Assembly: GCA_017553445.1 (NCBI GenBank)
Contig: JAFZMD010000091.1
Location: forward strand, 12,164 to 76,163
From: Methanobrevibacter sp.
GTDB lineage: Archaea; Methanobacteriota; Methanobacteria; Methanobacteriales; Methanobacteriaceae
DNA length: 64,000 bases
Reading direction: 5' to 3'
This document shows positions 19,751 to 28,929 of the stretch, piece by piece; position 1 is the stretch's first letter, and the number at the start of each line of letters is the position of its first letter. The translations under genes were made by a program, and so were the position numbers. The notes beneath the pieces were generated by a model that did not search any database, was not told where the DNA came from, and saw only the letters and a program-made list of their open reading frames with translations.

Positions 19751-22564
19751 ATGGTGGTTAAAATTAAAAAGATTAGAAAATTAATGATATTATTATTCAT
19801 TATTATATTTTTTAATATATCCCATGTTTCTGCTGAAAATATAACCGATGTTAACAATATAGATTCAAATAATGTGAATATAGAAGCGCCTGATGTTACA
19901 ATGTATTATAAAGACGGTTCTAAACTTAATGTTGAACTGTCAGATAGTGATATGAATCCTATATATAATAATAATGTTACTATTAACATTAATGATGTTA
20001 ATTATACAAAAACAACAGATTTGGATGGAAAAACTTCTTTAAATTTAAATCTCAATCCGGGGAAGTATTTAGCTAATATTTATTTTTTAGGAAACGATGA
20101 ATACTTAAAAGGAAATACAAGTGCTAATGTAGAAGTTTTATCAACAATTGTTTCTAATGACTTAACAAAATATTATAAAAGTAATTCACAATTTGAAACT
20201 GAATTATTAGACAGCAAAGGTAATGCTTTAATTAACGAAACTGTTACATTTAACATTAACGGTATTTTTTATAATCGTTCAACGAATTCTAATGGTGTTG
20301 CAAAATTAAACATTAATTTGCCTTCCGGAAATTATACAATCATAGCATTTAATCCAAAAGATGGATTGCTTAAATCAAATAAAATAAAAGTTCTCTCATC
20401 AATAAATAGCTCTGATTTAAAAAAGATTTATAAAGATAGTAATCAATATTGGGCAACATTCAGATATGAAAACGGTGAAATTTTAAAAAATACCGACGTT
20501 AAATTTAATGTAAATGGTGTTTTATACACTCGTAAAACTGATGAAAATGGAAATGCCAAATTAAATATCAATTTACCCCCAGGTGAATATACAATAACCG
20601 CTTATAATCCAATAAATAATGAAAAGTGCTCAAATAAGATATATGTGTATGACTTTTCAAACACTACATTGGAAAGCGAAAATAAAGTATTTAAAGAAAA
20701 TGAGGAAGTATTGATTAAAGCTAATTTAACAAATATGTTAAATCAAGGCATGCAAAATGAAATTGTTACTTTAACCATTGAAAACAATACATACAATACT
20801 TTAACGGACGATAAGGGAGAAGCTAACTTTGATTTGAATTTACCTCAAGGAAATTATACATTAACCTTCAATTATGCTGGTGATGAAACTCACGGAGCTT
20901 CACTAACAAAAACTAGTCTGGAAGTGTATGATGGAATTATATCTAAAATAAGTGCAAATAATGTAACCATATTTGATGATGAATTATTTAATATTACTTT
21001 AACTGATAAGAATGGAAATCCATTAGCTAATAAAACTGTTTATTGTGAGTTTGACTCAGAAACATTATCTGCAAAAACTGACGAAAATGGAATTGCAGGT
21101 ATTGATTTTTCAATGTTTAGAGGTGAATATGACGTTAAATATTTCTTCAATGAAACTAATTATAAATATTCAAAAGGATTTGCGCATGTAACAGTAATAT
21201 CAATAAACAAAACCATAATTACACCATTGACATTTGATGTTCTAGAAGGTGAAAAAGAAAAATTATATATTCAATTAACATCTAAGCTTTTGCCGTTATC
21301 GAATAGAACTGTTTCAATAACGATTAATGGAAAAACATATCAAAAAATAACAAATGATGAAGGAATTGCAAACATTACCATCAATTTACCTGCTAACCAA
21401 TATAATATATCATATTTCTTTAAAGGAGATGACAAATTAAAAAATTGTACAAATTCTTCAATATTGAATGTTTGTAAGGATATTATACCTACTAAACTAA
21501 CTCCACTTACAATTGAGAATATTTATAAAAACACCAAAGTCTATTATAAAGTACTTTTATCCAGCGAAGGTGGCAAGCCAATTAATGCTAAAAAAATCAC
21601 ACTAACAATTGGTTCCAATCAATACACAAGTTTTACAAAAAATGATGGAATAGCTGAATTTAATATTATAAAAGATTTGGATATTGGAAATTACACTATT
21701 TCAACTGAATTTAGTGGAGATGAAAGATATACTGGATGTAAAGCTAAATCACAAGAAAAAATCAACTCTCCAATAGATTTAGGTTATGGATACTGGTTAA
21801 TGGGAGGTGATATGTACAACGTTAATTTATCCCAATTAGCATCATTAGGTACAAAAGATATATTAATCAATTATTATGTAATAACCCTTTTTGGAGAAAA
21901 AAACGTAAGTGAATGGGCTAAAAAAGCAATGGAATATGGTATAAGAGTACATATCTGGATGCAAATAGTTTATAAAGATGGAGAATGGCAAGCTCTTGAA
22001 TATAAAAATGGAACATTTAAATATGACTTAATAAATTCCAGAGTTGATGAGGCAAAATATTATGCAAATATTAGTGGTATTTCTGGCGTACACTTTGATT
22101 ACTTAAGATATGGTGGAACTGCATACAAATATCCTAGTGCTGCCGATTCAATAAATTATTTTGTGGAAAGAGCTGTATCAGAAATTAAAAAAGTTAATCC
22201 AAATTGTGTAGTTTCCGCTGCAGTAATGCCCGAACCTGATACTATGTTTTACTATGATGGTCAAGACATTCCAACATTAAGTAAATATTTAGATGTAGTT
22301 ATACCAATGATTTATAAAAGAAATTTCAATGAGGATAGTCCTTGGATAGGAGAAATGACACAAAAATTTAGCGAAATTTCTAATGGAGCTCAAATTTGGA
22401 CTGGTCTTCAAACATATAATTCAGATGATGATCCGACACCATTGAGTTATGATGAAGTCTTTAATGATGCACAACTTTCTTTTAATTCCAATGCAAATGG
22501 AGTTATTTTATTTAGAATTGGAGTTACAAAGTTATTGGACTTTAATAAATTAACAAATATATAA
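19751..22564 (+). CDS. Adhesin-like protein: signal peptide, 7 beta-sandwich repeat modules, C-terminal TIM-barrel glycoside-hydrolase-like domain
   Basis: 937 aa. Signal peptide LMILLFIIIFFNISHVSA. ~90-aa modules with KYYK...V.FNINGV.Y.R.TD.NG.AKLNINLP.G.Y. The C-terminal ~265 aa is paralogous to ORF 58770-59777 (GIRVHIWMQI, GVHFDYLRYGG, VIPMIYK). Confidence 0.8.
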   Translation: MVVKIKKIRKLMILLFIIIFFNISHVSAENITDVNNIDSNNVNIEAPDVTMYYKDGSKLNVELSDSDMNPIYNNNVTININDVNYTKTTDLDGKTSLNLNLNPGKYLANIYFLGNDEYLKGNTSANVEVLSTIVSNDLTKYYKSNSQFETELLDSKGNALINETVTFNINGIFYNRSTNSNGVAKLNINLPSGNYTIIAFNPKDGLLKSNKIKVLSSINSSDLKKIYKDSNQYWATFRYENGEILKNTDVKFNVNGVLYTRKTDENGNAKLNINLPPGEYTITAYNPINNEKCSNKIYVYDFSNTTLESENKVFKENEEVLIKANLTNMLNQGMQNEIVTLTIENNTYNTLTDDKGEANFDLNLPQGNYTLTFNYAGDETHGASLTKTSLEVYDGIISKISANNVTIFDDELFNITLTDKNGNPLANKTVYCEFDSETLSAKTDENGIAGIDFSMFRGEYDVKYFFNETNYKYSKGFAHVTVISINKTIITPLTFDVLEGEKEKLYIQLTSKLLPLSNRTVSITINGKTYQKITNDEGIANITINLPANQYNISYFFKGDDKLKNCTNSSILNVCKDIIPTKLTPLTIENIYKNTKVYYKVLLSSEGGKPINAKKITLTIGSNQYTSFTKNDGIAEFNIIKDLDIGNYTISTEFSGDERYTGCKAKSQEKINSPIDLGYGYWLMGGDMYNVNLSQLASLGTKDILINYYVITLFGEKNVSEWAKKAMEYGIRVHIWMQIVYKDGEWQALEYKNGTFKYDLINSRVDEAKYYANISGISGVHFDYLRYGGTAYKYPSAADSINYFVERAVSEIKKVNPNCVVSAAVMPEPDTMFYYDGQDIPTLSKYLDVVIPMIYKRNFNEDSPWIGEMTQKFSEISNGAQIWTGLQTYNSDDDPTPLSYDEVFNDAQLSFNSNANGVILFRIGVTKLLDFNKLTNI

Positions 22565-22567
22565 CAG

Positions 22568-22599
22568 TGTAGTTTATAACTACATTTTTTTCTTTTTTT
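22568..22599 (+). terminator. Hairpin plus oligo-T terminator after the adhesin gene
   Basis: TGTAGTT-TAT-AACTACA followed by TTTTTTTCTTTTTTT. Confidence 0.5.
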
Positions 22600-22686
22600 A
22601 TAATACATGTAAAACTTTACACTTGAAATCTATGTCAAAAAAAGTTTAAAAATTATTAAAATCATAATATTAATGAGGTTATTTTT

Positions 22687-24177
22687 ATGACAAAAATTGG
22701 ACTTGCTTATGTCAAAGGTGCAGTTCCGGGATTTGAAGAATTTGGAAAATTGCCAACAGATATTGTCAAGGAAAACGGTTTGGTTAATGGAAACAAAGCC
22801 AGTGATGAACTTGATGCATTAATCATACCTGGCGGAACATTGATTGAGTCAAATGATATCAATATGGATTTAAATAAAGAAATCCTAAAAATGGCAAAAA
22901 TGGGAAAACCGATTATTGGAATCTGTGCCGGTTTTCAACTGCTTTCAAACCAGATTGACATTGGACGCAAATCAGAAGTCCCGATTGTAAAAGACGGTCT
23001 TGGATTAATAGATGTCGAGTTTTCACCTTTGATTACAAGTGACAGGGTTACAGCAAAGGTATATGACAACTCATTTTTAACTAAAAACCAGAAAGAAGAC
23101 GTTAACGGTTTTCACACACATACCTATGGAAAAGTAATCGGTGATGCAAAACCCTTGTTTTATTCTAAAGTCCAAAGAATGAATTATGGAGACACGAATA
23201 AAGATGGAGACTATAATATATTCTCCGGAGCATGCAATGACGATGGAAACGTTATCGGAACTATGATACATAATATTCTAGATGAAAATCCAATATTAGT
23301 AGATAATTTACTGAATCAAATAGATGCTGATGACATAGAAGATATTTACAGTAGAAATAAATCCGTAACAGAATACATTCAAAGTGAAGTCGGAATAGGA
23401 ACTAATATAAAAATACCTCAAAAAAAGATTAACGATAAGCCTAAATTTTTAATGATTGGAAGTAATGGTTCTGATTCGGGAAAAACATTTATTCTAACCG
23501 GCCTTGCAGGAGCATTGAGAAAAAGAGGCTATAAAGTAGCTCTTCTCAAAGTAGGCCCCGACGTTAGAGATATTATACCGGGATTATACTTGACAAAAGA
23601 TTTCATGAATGATTTCAGTTCAATAAAAATTGGACATTTAGGTTGGATGGATATTGAGTCTACAATAGCCAGACTAAATAAATCCGATTATGATATTGTA
23701 TTAATTGAAGGTGTTATGAGTGTATTCACCGGTCTTTTAAATGAAAAGGTTCCATTTTCAGCTGCTGAAATTGCAATGTCATCAGATATTCCTATGTTAC
23801 TGATTTCGGGCGTAAATAAGGGTGGAATTGAATCCGCTGCAGTAGATTTAGTAGCACATGCAAATATGCTGGAAAAGTTCGGTGTAAATGTTAAAGGTAT
23901 ATTATTGAATAAAATATATAACGAAAATATATTCGATAATGTTGTTCCGTATATTAGGAATAATACAAAAGTAGATAATATATTAAGTGTTGGAAAACTC
24001 AAGTTGGAAACAAGAGGATTCACACCGGAAATTGAAATCAGATATGATTTGTTTACTAAAGCAGCTCTAGATTTGGTAGAAGAATCCATAGATGTTGAAA
24101 AAATTGCAAATATGGCAAGTGAAGTTGAATTTGACCGCATAATTCCATTTAACGAAATAAAAGATAAGGTGATATAA
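22687..24177 (+). CDS. CbiA/CobQ-family amidotransferase with reversed domain order (GATase domain N-terminal, ATP-binding domain C-terminal)
   Basis: N-terminal half: DALIIPGGT, GICAGFQLLS (Cys nucleophile), GLGLIDVEF, GFHTHTYG, GTMIHNILDEN, a CobQ/CbiA-type glutamine amidotransferase pattern. C-terminal half: MIGSNGSDSGKTFILTGLAGALRKRGYKVALLKVGPD, IEGVMSVFTGL, AAEIA...PMLLI, GILLNKI, a CbiA-type P-loop domain. Confidence 0.7.
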   Translation: MTKIGLAYVKGAVPGFEEFGKLPTDIVKENGLVNGNKASDELDALIIPGGTLIESNDINMDLNKEILKMAKMGKPIIGICAGFQLLSNQIDIGRKSEVPIVKDGLGLIDVEFSPLITSDRVTAKVYDNSFLTKNQKEDVNGFHTHTYGKVIGDAKPLFYSKVQRMNYGDTNKDGDYNIFSGACNDDGNVIGTMIHNILDENPILVDNLLNQIDADDIEDIYSRNKSVTEYIQSEVGIGTNIKIPQKKINDKPKFLMIGSNGSDSGKTFILTGLAGALRKRGYKVALLKVGPDVRDIIPGLYLTKDFMNDFSSIKIGHLGWMDIESTIARLNKSDYDIVLIEGVMSVFTGLLNEKVPFSAAEIAMSSDIPMLLISGVNKGGIESAAVDLVAHANMLEKFGVNVKGILLNKIYNENIFDNVVPYIRNNTKVDNILSVGKLKLETRGFTPEIEIRYDLFTKAALDLVEESIDVEKIANMASEVEFDRIIPFNEIKDKVI

Positions 24178-24603
24178 ATGGCTCTTAACTTAAGCCCGGA
24201 ACAGGGAGTTAAACTGACAAAAAAAGACAGATACCAGGTAGCAAGAAAAATTCGTCAAGGATGGAAAGCAAACTGTTTAATTCCGGATTATGTTTTTGAT
24301 GAAAACGGAGATATACAAATAGGTTCCCCCAACAATCGTCGTGTAGTCAAAAAGGTAAAAATACTGGATGATGGAATTCATTTTGAAAAAGCTCTCAAAA
24401 GTAAAACCCTTAGAATTCCATGGGATAAAATATCTCGAGTAGAACCAACAAAAGAAGTGCGTGACGGTTTAAAGATAGGAATGCATGATGGAAAATATGT
24501 TGTATTCAGTATTTACAATTCATATAAAATACAACAGATTACCCAATTCATAATTAACCATATTCAAAATAAAAGGATGGATAATACTAACATGTACAGT
24601 TAG
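24178..24603 (+). CDS. Hypothetical 141-aa protein, start abuts the upstream stop
   Basis: The ATG immediately follows the TAA of the amidotransferase gene. No motif recognised. Confidence 0.45.
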   Translation: MALNLSPEQGVKLTKKDRYQVARKIRQGWKANCLIPDYVFDENGDIQIGSPNNRRVVKKVKILDDGIHFEKALKSKTLRIPWDKISRVEPTKEVRDGLKIGMHDGKYVVFSIYNSYKIQQITQFIINHIQNKRMDNTNMYS

Positions 24604-25286
24604 TATTCTTCTAAATATTTATTTATGATGTCTTCGCCTCTAAGCAAGACTAATCCATTTTCTTCAGCATATTTACGTGCATCTGCAATAGAAGTAGCCT
24701 GTCCGGTTTCACCATCCATCATTTCACAAACCACACAAACTGGAGTAACACCTGCCATCTCACATAATGCAAGACCGATTTCAGTGTGTCCTCTTCTATT
24801 TTTCACGAGCCCGTCTGCTCCTCTTAAAAGACAGACATGACCAGGTGATCTGAATGTTGCACCAAATTCATCAAATCTTTCATCTTTCATCATTAAAGCC
24901 ATTTCACTAATTGTCATTGCTCTGTCATGGTCTGTAACGCCAGTGAAAGATTTTCTATGATTTGTCCATATGGAAAATGAAGATCTCTCATCATAGGGAA
25001 TATCTGTAGGTGCTAGTTTTGCTAATTCAGGGAATTTTTCTGTTGCCGCTTTCATAATGTCAACCATAAATGGCAAATGAATAGCTTCACAGAAATCTGC
25101 ATGTAAACAGTTACAGATTAAACCGCCGGCATCATTTCTCATAGTAGCAATTGATTTTGGGGTTACAAATTCGGAAGCGATAATCATATCAACTTCTCCT
25201 TCCCTATCATCATCGTCAAAAACTAGAACGAATTCACCATTTTTAATAGCTTCTAAAGCCTTATCTAAATTTGTTTCTTGATTCAT
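24600..25286 (-). CDS. ribB: 3,4-dihydroxy-2-butanone 4-phosphate synthase
   Basis: Start moved to ATG 25286 (MNQETNLDKALEAIKNG) with AAGGAGA about 7 nt upstream. Motifs DDDDREGEVDMI, DAGGLIC, FRSPGHV, RRGHTE. The track ORF extends to 25382, but that extension overlaps the riboswitch. Confidence 0.9.
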   Translation of the reverse strand: MNQETNLDKALEAIKNGEFVLVFDDDDREGEVDMIIASEFVTPKSIATMRNDAGGLICNCLHADFCEAIHLPFMVDIMKAATEKFPELAKLAPTDIPYDERSSFSIWTNHRKSFTGVTDHDRAMTISEMALMMKDERFDEFGATFRSPGHVCLLRGADGLVKNRRGHTEIGLALCEMAGVTPVCVVCEMMDGETGQATSIADARKYAEENGLVLLRGEDIINKYLEEY

Positions 25287-25333
25287 AGTAATGTCTCCTT
25301 GTGTACTAGAACCAGGGCTAAAAAATAATCTAC

Positions 25334-25462
25334 TTATTCTCTTCCATCCGGACTGTAACCGTCGGTTTTGGAATCTCACCAAATCAACACTTCATGTGCT
25401 CGTGGACTTATTTTATTAAAATCACCACCGGTAGGGAATTCCACCTCACCCTGAGAACGTAT
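25334..25462 (-). promoter_or_regulatory. FMN riboswitch (RFN element) aptamer in the ribB leader
   Basis: Minus strand reads GTTCTCAGGGTGAGGTGGAATTCCCTACCGGTGGT...AAGTCCACGAGC...TTGATTTGGTGAGATTCCAAAACCGACGGTTACAGTCCGGATGGAAGAGAAT. This matches the conserved FMN aptamer blocks (AGGGNGNGGTGNAATTCCC.ACCGGCGGT, AGCCCGCGAGC, GGTGNNATTCC..A.CCGACAGT, AGTCTGGATGGNAGA). Confidence 0.9.
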
Positions 25463-25477
25463 GAAAAAATATATCAA

Positions 25478-25492
25478 TTATTATATAAAATA
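25478..25492 (-). promoter_or_regulatory. Candidate TATA box for the riboswitch-ribB transcript
   Basis: Minus-strand TTTATATAA lies ~22-27 nt upstream of the first aptamer nucleotides, which fits archaeal TATA-to-start spacing. Confidence 0.4.
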
Positions 25493-25501
25493 CTTTTGAT
25501 T

Positions 25502-25879
25502 TCAAAATTCAATGCTGACAATATCGCCGTCTTTTAAATTAAGCTTATCCCTTAATTTGTCTTGAGCAATAAATTCCAAATAATTTTCTGTGTGTTCTGT
25601 TTTCGCCGGAAATACAATAGCTCCATCAACTTCATCATTTAAAATAGCCTTAATGTATTTTACCGCACCAAAACCCTCATCAGGTTTAATAATATTTTCA
25701 CAATTATCCTTAACTTCATTTATATGACTTAAATATTCATCAGGAACTATAACATTTAAAGTTCCGGGAAATGGCTTAAAGCCACAATTTTTAATAAAAT
25801 TATTTACATAAAAATCCTGTGAAAGAAAAAAAGCCGCCTTTCCTAAACCTGTTGTAACTTCACCATTAACTTTCATCAA
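25502..25879 (-). CDS. ribK: Archaeal CTP-dependent riboflavin kinase
   Basis: 125 aa. GEVTTGLGKAAFF and GFKPFPGTLNV blocks typical of the archaeal riboflavin kinase family. Confidence 0.85.
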   Translation of the reverse strand: MMKVNGEVTTGLGKAAFFLSQDFYVNNFIKNCGFKPFPGTLNVIVPDEYLSHINEVKDNCENIIKPDEGFGAVKYIKAILNDEVDGAIVFPAKTEHTENYLEFIAQDKLRDKLNLKDGDIVSIEF

Positions 25880-25969
25880 ATAACCTCTAATTATCTTATA
25901 TCAATTAACATATTTATATTAATTATTAAAAACAAAGGTATTAACAACAAATATTTGAAAGGTATTAAA

Positions 25970-27613
25970 ATGGAAGTTAAAAATATTCAGACAGATGTTT
26001 TGATTGTTGGATCAGGTGGGGCTGGTTCAAGAGCAGCTATTGCAGTTGATGATGCTGGTCTTAAAGCAACTATTGTATCTAAAGGATTATCATTTAGATC
26101 TGGTTGTACCGGAATGGCAGAAGGCGGATACAATGCTGTTTTTAAAGCCGTGGATGAAGAAGACTCAATTGATGCACATATGAAAGATACACTTAAAGGT
26201 GGAAGTTATCTCAATGACAAAAAATTAGTCGAAATTCTAGTGAATGAATCCCCCAAAAGACTAATTGATTTGGAAAATTACGGTGCATTATTTGACAGAC
26301 AGGAAAACGGCAATATAGCACAAAGGCCATTCGGCGGTCAAACATACAGAAGAACCTGCTTTCAAGGAGACCGAACTGGAGCTGAATTACTGAACGCACT
26401 GAAAGAGGAAATAATCAAAAGAGATATTGAATGTATAGAAGAAGTAATGATTACTTCCCTTATCCAGGATGGCCTTCAAGTAATAGGGGCTGTAGGATTT
26501 GACTTAAAAGATTCCAGCTTAATATACTTCAAAGCAAAAGCTGTTATATTTGCCAGTGGTGGAGCCGGCCAATTATACCCTGTAACTTCCAATACCTTTC
26601 AAAAAAATGGAGACGGTTTTGCAATAGCTTATAGAGCTGGAGCAAATCTTGTTGACATGGAACAGGTACAATTCCACCCTACCGGAATGGTAACACCAAA
26701 ATCCAAAAGAGGAGTACTTGTAACTGAAGCCGTTAGAGCTGAAGGCGGAATATTATTAAATAAGGATGGTGAACGCTTCATGTCCAAATATTCACCTGAA
26801 AAAATGGAATTGGCAACACGTGATGTTGTTGCAAGATCAATTTATCAGGAAATCATTGAAGGGCGAGGAAGCGAACACGGCGGAGTGTATCTTGACATTT
26901 CACACTTGGATGATGACTTGATTGATGAAAAACTGGAAACAATGGTACTGCAATTTGAAAATGTCGGTGTTGACATTAAACATGAACCGATAGAAGTAGC
27001 TCCAACAGCACACCACTTTATGGGCGGTATTAAAATAAACACCGATGCATCAACTTCACTTCCTAATCTATTCGCTTGTGGAGAAGTTTGTGGAGGAGTA
27101 CATGGTGCAAACCGTTTAGGTGGTAATGCTTTAGCCGACACTCAAGTATTCGGTAAAATAGCCGGTGAAAGTGCAGCTGAAACAGCAAAAAATACTGAAT
27201 TAAAAACTAATGAAGAAATGTTTTTAGCTGAAAAGTCAAGAATCGAAGGATTAATAAAGCCAGGTTCTATTAAAGCACTGGAATTTAAAGAAAACATTAA
27301 AGAATTGATGTGGGAAAAAGTAGCTATTGTACGTGAAGAAAAAACATTGAATGAAGCACTGAAAGAACTGCAGGAAATGCAGAAAGATTTGGACAATCTT
27401 GATGTATCCGACAAAGACCAATATAATACTGAATTGTTAACCGCTCTTGAAGTAATTAACATGGTTGAAATCTGTATATTAATTGTAAAATCAGCCATAT
27501 TGCGCCGTGAAAGTAGGGGAGCTCACTTTAGAAGCGACCATCCGGAAAGCATTGATGCCTGGAAAAGAAGCATAATAATAAATAAAAATAAAATAAAATT
27601 TGAAGCAAGATAA
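25970..27613 (+). CDS. tfrA: Fumarate reductase/succinate dehydrogenase flavoprotein (thiol:fumarate reductase subunit A type)
   Basis: FAD motif VGSGGAGSRAA, plus QFHPTG, HFMGG and RGAHFRSD. Start taken at ATG 25970 (MEVKNIQ). The assignment to TfrA rests on the methanogen context. Confidence 0.8.
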   Translation: MEVKNIQTDVLIVGSGGAGSRAAIAVDDAGLKATIVSKGLSFRSGCTGMAEGGYNAVFKAVDEEDSIDAHMKDTLKGGSYLNDKKLVEILVNESPKRLIDLENYGALFDRQENGNIAQRPFGGQTYRRTCFQGDRTGAELLNALKEEIIKRDIECIEEVMITSLIQDGLQVIGAVGFDLKDSSLIYFKAKAVIFASGGAGQLYPVTSNTFQKNGDGFAIAYRAGANLVDMEQVQFHPTGMVTPKSKRGVLVTEAVRAEGGILLNKDGERFMSKYSPEKMELATRDVVARSIYQEIIEGRGSEHGGVYLDISHLDDDLIDEKLETMVLQFENVGVDIKHEPIEVAPTAHHFMGGIKINTDASTSLPNLFACGEVCGGVHGANRLGGNALADTQVFGKIAGESAAETAKNTELKTNEEMFLAEKSRIEGLIKPGSIKALEFKENIKELMWEKVAIVREEKTLNEALKELQEMQKDLDNLDVSDKDQYNTELLTALEVINMVEICILIVKSAILRRESRGAHFRSDHPESIDAWKRSIIINKNKIKFEAR

Positions 27614-27621
27614 AAAAAAAA

Positions 27622-28926
27622 TTAGAGGGCTTTTTTAAGCTCATCAATAGCTTTTCTTGCTTTTTTATAAACATCCTCTTCGTCTAATGTAGTTAACTGT
27701 CTATTTTCCATCAATATTTGACCGTTACAAATAGTAGTATCTACATTAAATGCGTTAGCGGAATAAATAATATTGGAACTTAGTTTAGAACTGTCTGGAA
27801 TCATGTTTGCATTATTTGTATCAATCAATATCAAATCTGCTTTTTTACCGACTTCAATTGATCCAATCTCATCATCCAAACCAAGTGCTCTTGCACCATT
27901 TATGGTTCCCATAGCTAATGCTTCATCTGAATTTAAAGCCTTAGGATTAAGAGTTGATACTTTTTGAAGTAAGCTGGCTGTTCTTAACTCTTCAATAATA
28001 TCTAAATTATTATTTGATGATGCCCCATCAGTTCCGATAGCTACGCAAATATCATTTTCAAGTAATTTTGCAACTGGAGCTATTCCTGATGCCAATTTCA
28101 TGTTACTGCATGGATTGTGAGAAATTTTAACATCATGCTTTTTGATGATTTCAATTTCTTCATCACTTAACCATACGCTATGGGCACATACTACATCCGG
28201 ACCTAAAAATCCGATGGAATCCAAGTATTCAAAGGGCCTTAGGCCTTTTTCGGCACTTACATCATCTATTTCCTTTTGAGTTTCGCTTACATGAATATGA
28301 ATTTTCATATTATTTTCATCGGCTAGTCTTCTGACTTCTTTTAATAATTCTTCAGAAGCGGTATATGGAGAATGAGGTCCGAAAAATACCTTAATTCTAT
28401 CGTCAGCAGTATTATGGCAATTCTTAAATAATTTCATATTTTCTTCAATTTCGGCTTTTCTTTTTTCTTCATCGCCAAAATCTATCATTCCATATGACAA
28501 TACCGCCCTTATGCCTGATTCTTCTACTGCCCTTGCAACATCTTCCATATAAAAGTACATATCTGAAAATGTAGTGGTTCCGGATTTAATTAATTCAACT
28601 GCTCCTAAAAGAGCACCAATATAACAATAATTTCCATTAAGATTTGCTTCCATTGGCCATATATTATCATTTAACCATTCATCAAGACTTAAATCATCAG
28701 CTAATCCTCTAAATAATGCCATTGATAAATGAGTGTGTGTATTTATAAAACCTGGAAGTAAAATTTTATCTTTTGCATCAATGATTTTATCTACATTATC
28801 TTCTGCAATATCATCTTCAATCTTATAAATTAAATCATCTTTAATCAATAAATCCTTTTTTCCGTCAATATCATTTTCTGGATTTAAAATTAATGCATCT
28901 TTAATCAATATTGTATTATCTGCCAT
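27622..28926 (-). CDS. mtaD: Amidohydrolase-family deaminase (5-methylthioadenosine/S-adenosylhomocysteine or 5'-deoxyadenosine deaminase type)
   Basis: 434 aa. HxH metal motif NTHTHLSMA, plus HVSET and GTDGASSNN. Confidence 0.8.
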   Translation of the reverse strand: MADNTILIKDALILNPENDIDGKKDLLIKDDLIYKIEDDIAEDNVDKIIDAKDKILLPGFINTHTHLSMALFRGLADDLSLDEWLNDNIWPMEANLNGNYCYIGALLGAVELIKSGTTTFSDMYFYMEDVARAVEESGIRAVLSYGMIDFGDEEKRKAEIEENMKLFKNCHNTADDRIKVFFGPHSPYTASEELLKEVRRLADENNMKIHIHVSETQKEIDDVSAEKGLRPFEYLDSIGFLGPDVVCAHSVWLSDEEIEIIKKHDVKISHNPCSNMKLASGIAPVAKLLENDICVAIGTDGASSNNNLDIIEELRTASLLQKVSTLNPKALNSDEALAMGTINGARALGLDDEIGSIEVGKKADLILIDTNNANMIPDSSKLSSNIIYSANAFNVDTTICNGQILMENRQLTTLDEEDVYKKARKAIDELKKAL

Positions 28927-28929
28927 AAT

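Noticed and set aside
23077-24140. Minus-strand ORFs 23077-23271 and 23688-24140
   Set aside because: They are antisense shadows within the amidotransferase gene.
25287-25382. N-terminal extension of the ribB ORF in the track (MVRFQNRRLQSGWKRISRLFFSPGSSTQGDIT...)
   Set aside because: The extension overlaps the 3' part of the FMN riboswitch aptamer. A good SD (AAGGAGA) precedes the internal ATG at 25286, and RibB homology starts there.
26211-27498. Minus-strand ORFs 26211-26399, 26845-27141 and 27142-27498
   Set aside because: They are antisense shadows within tfrA.
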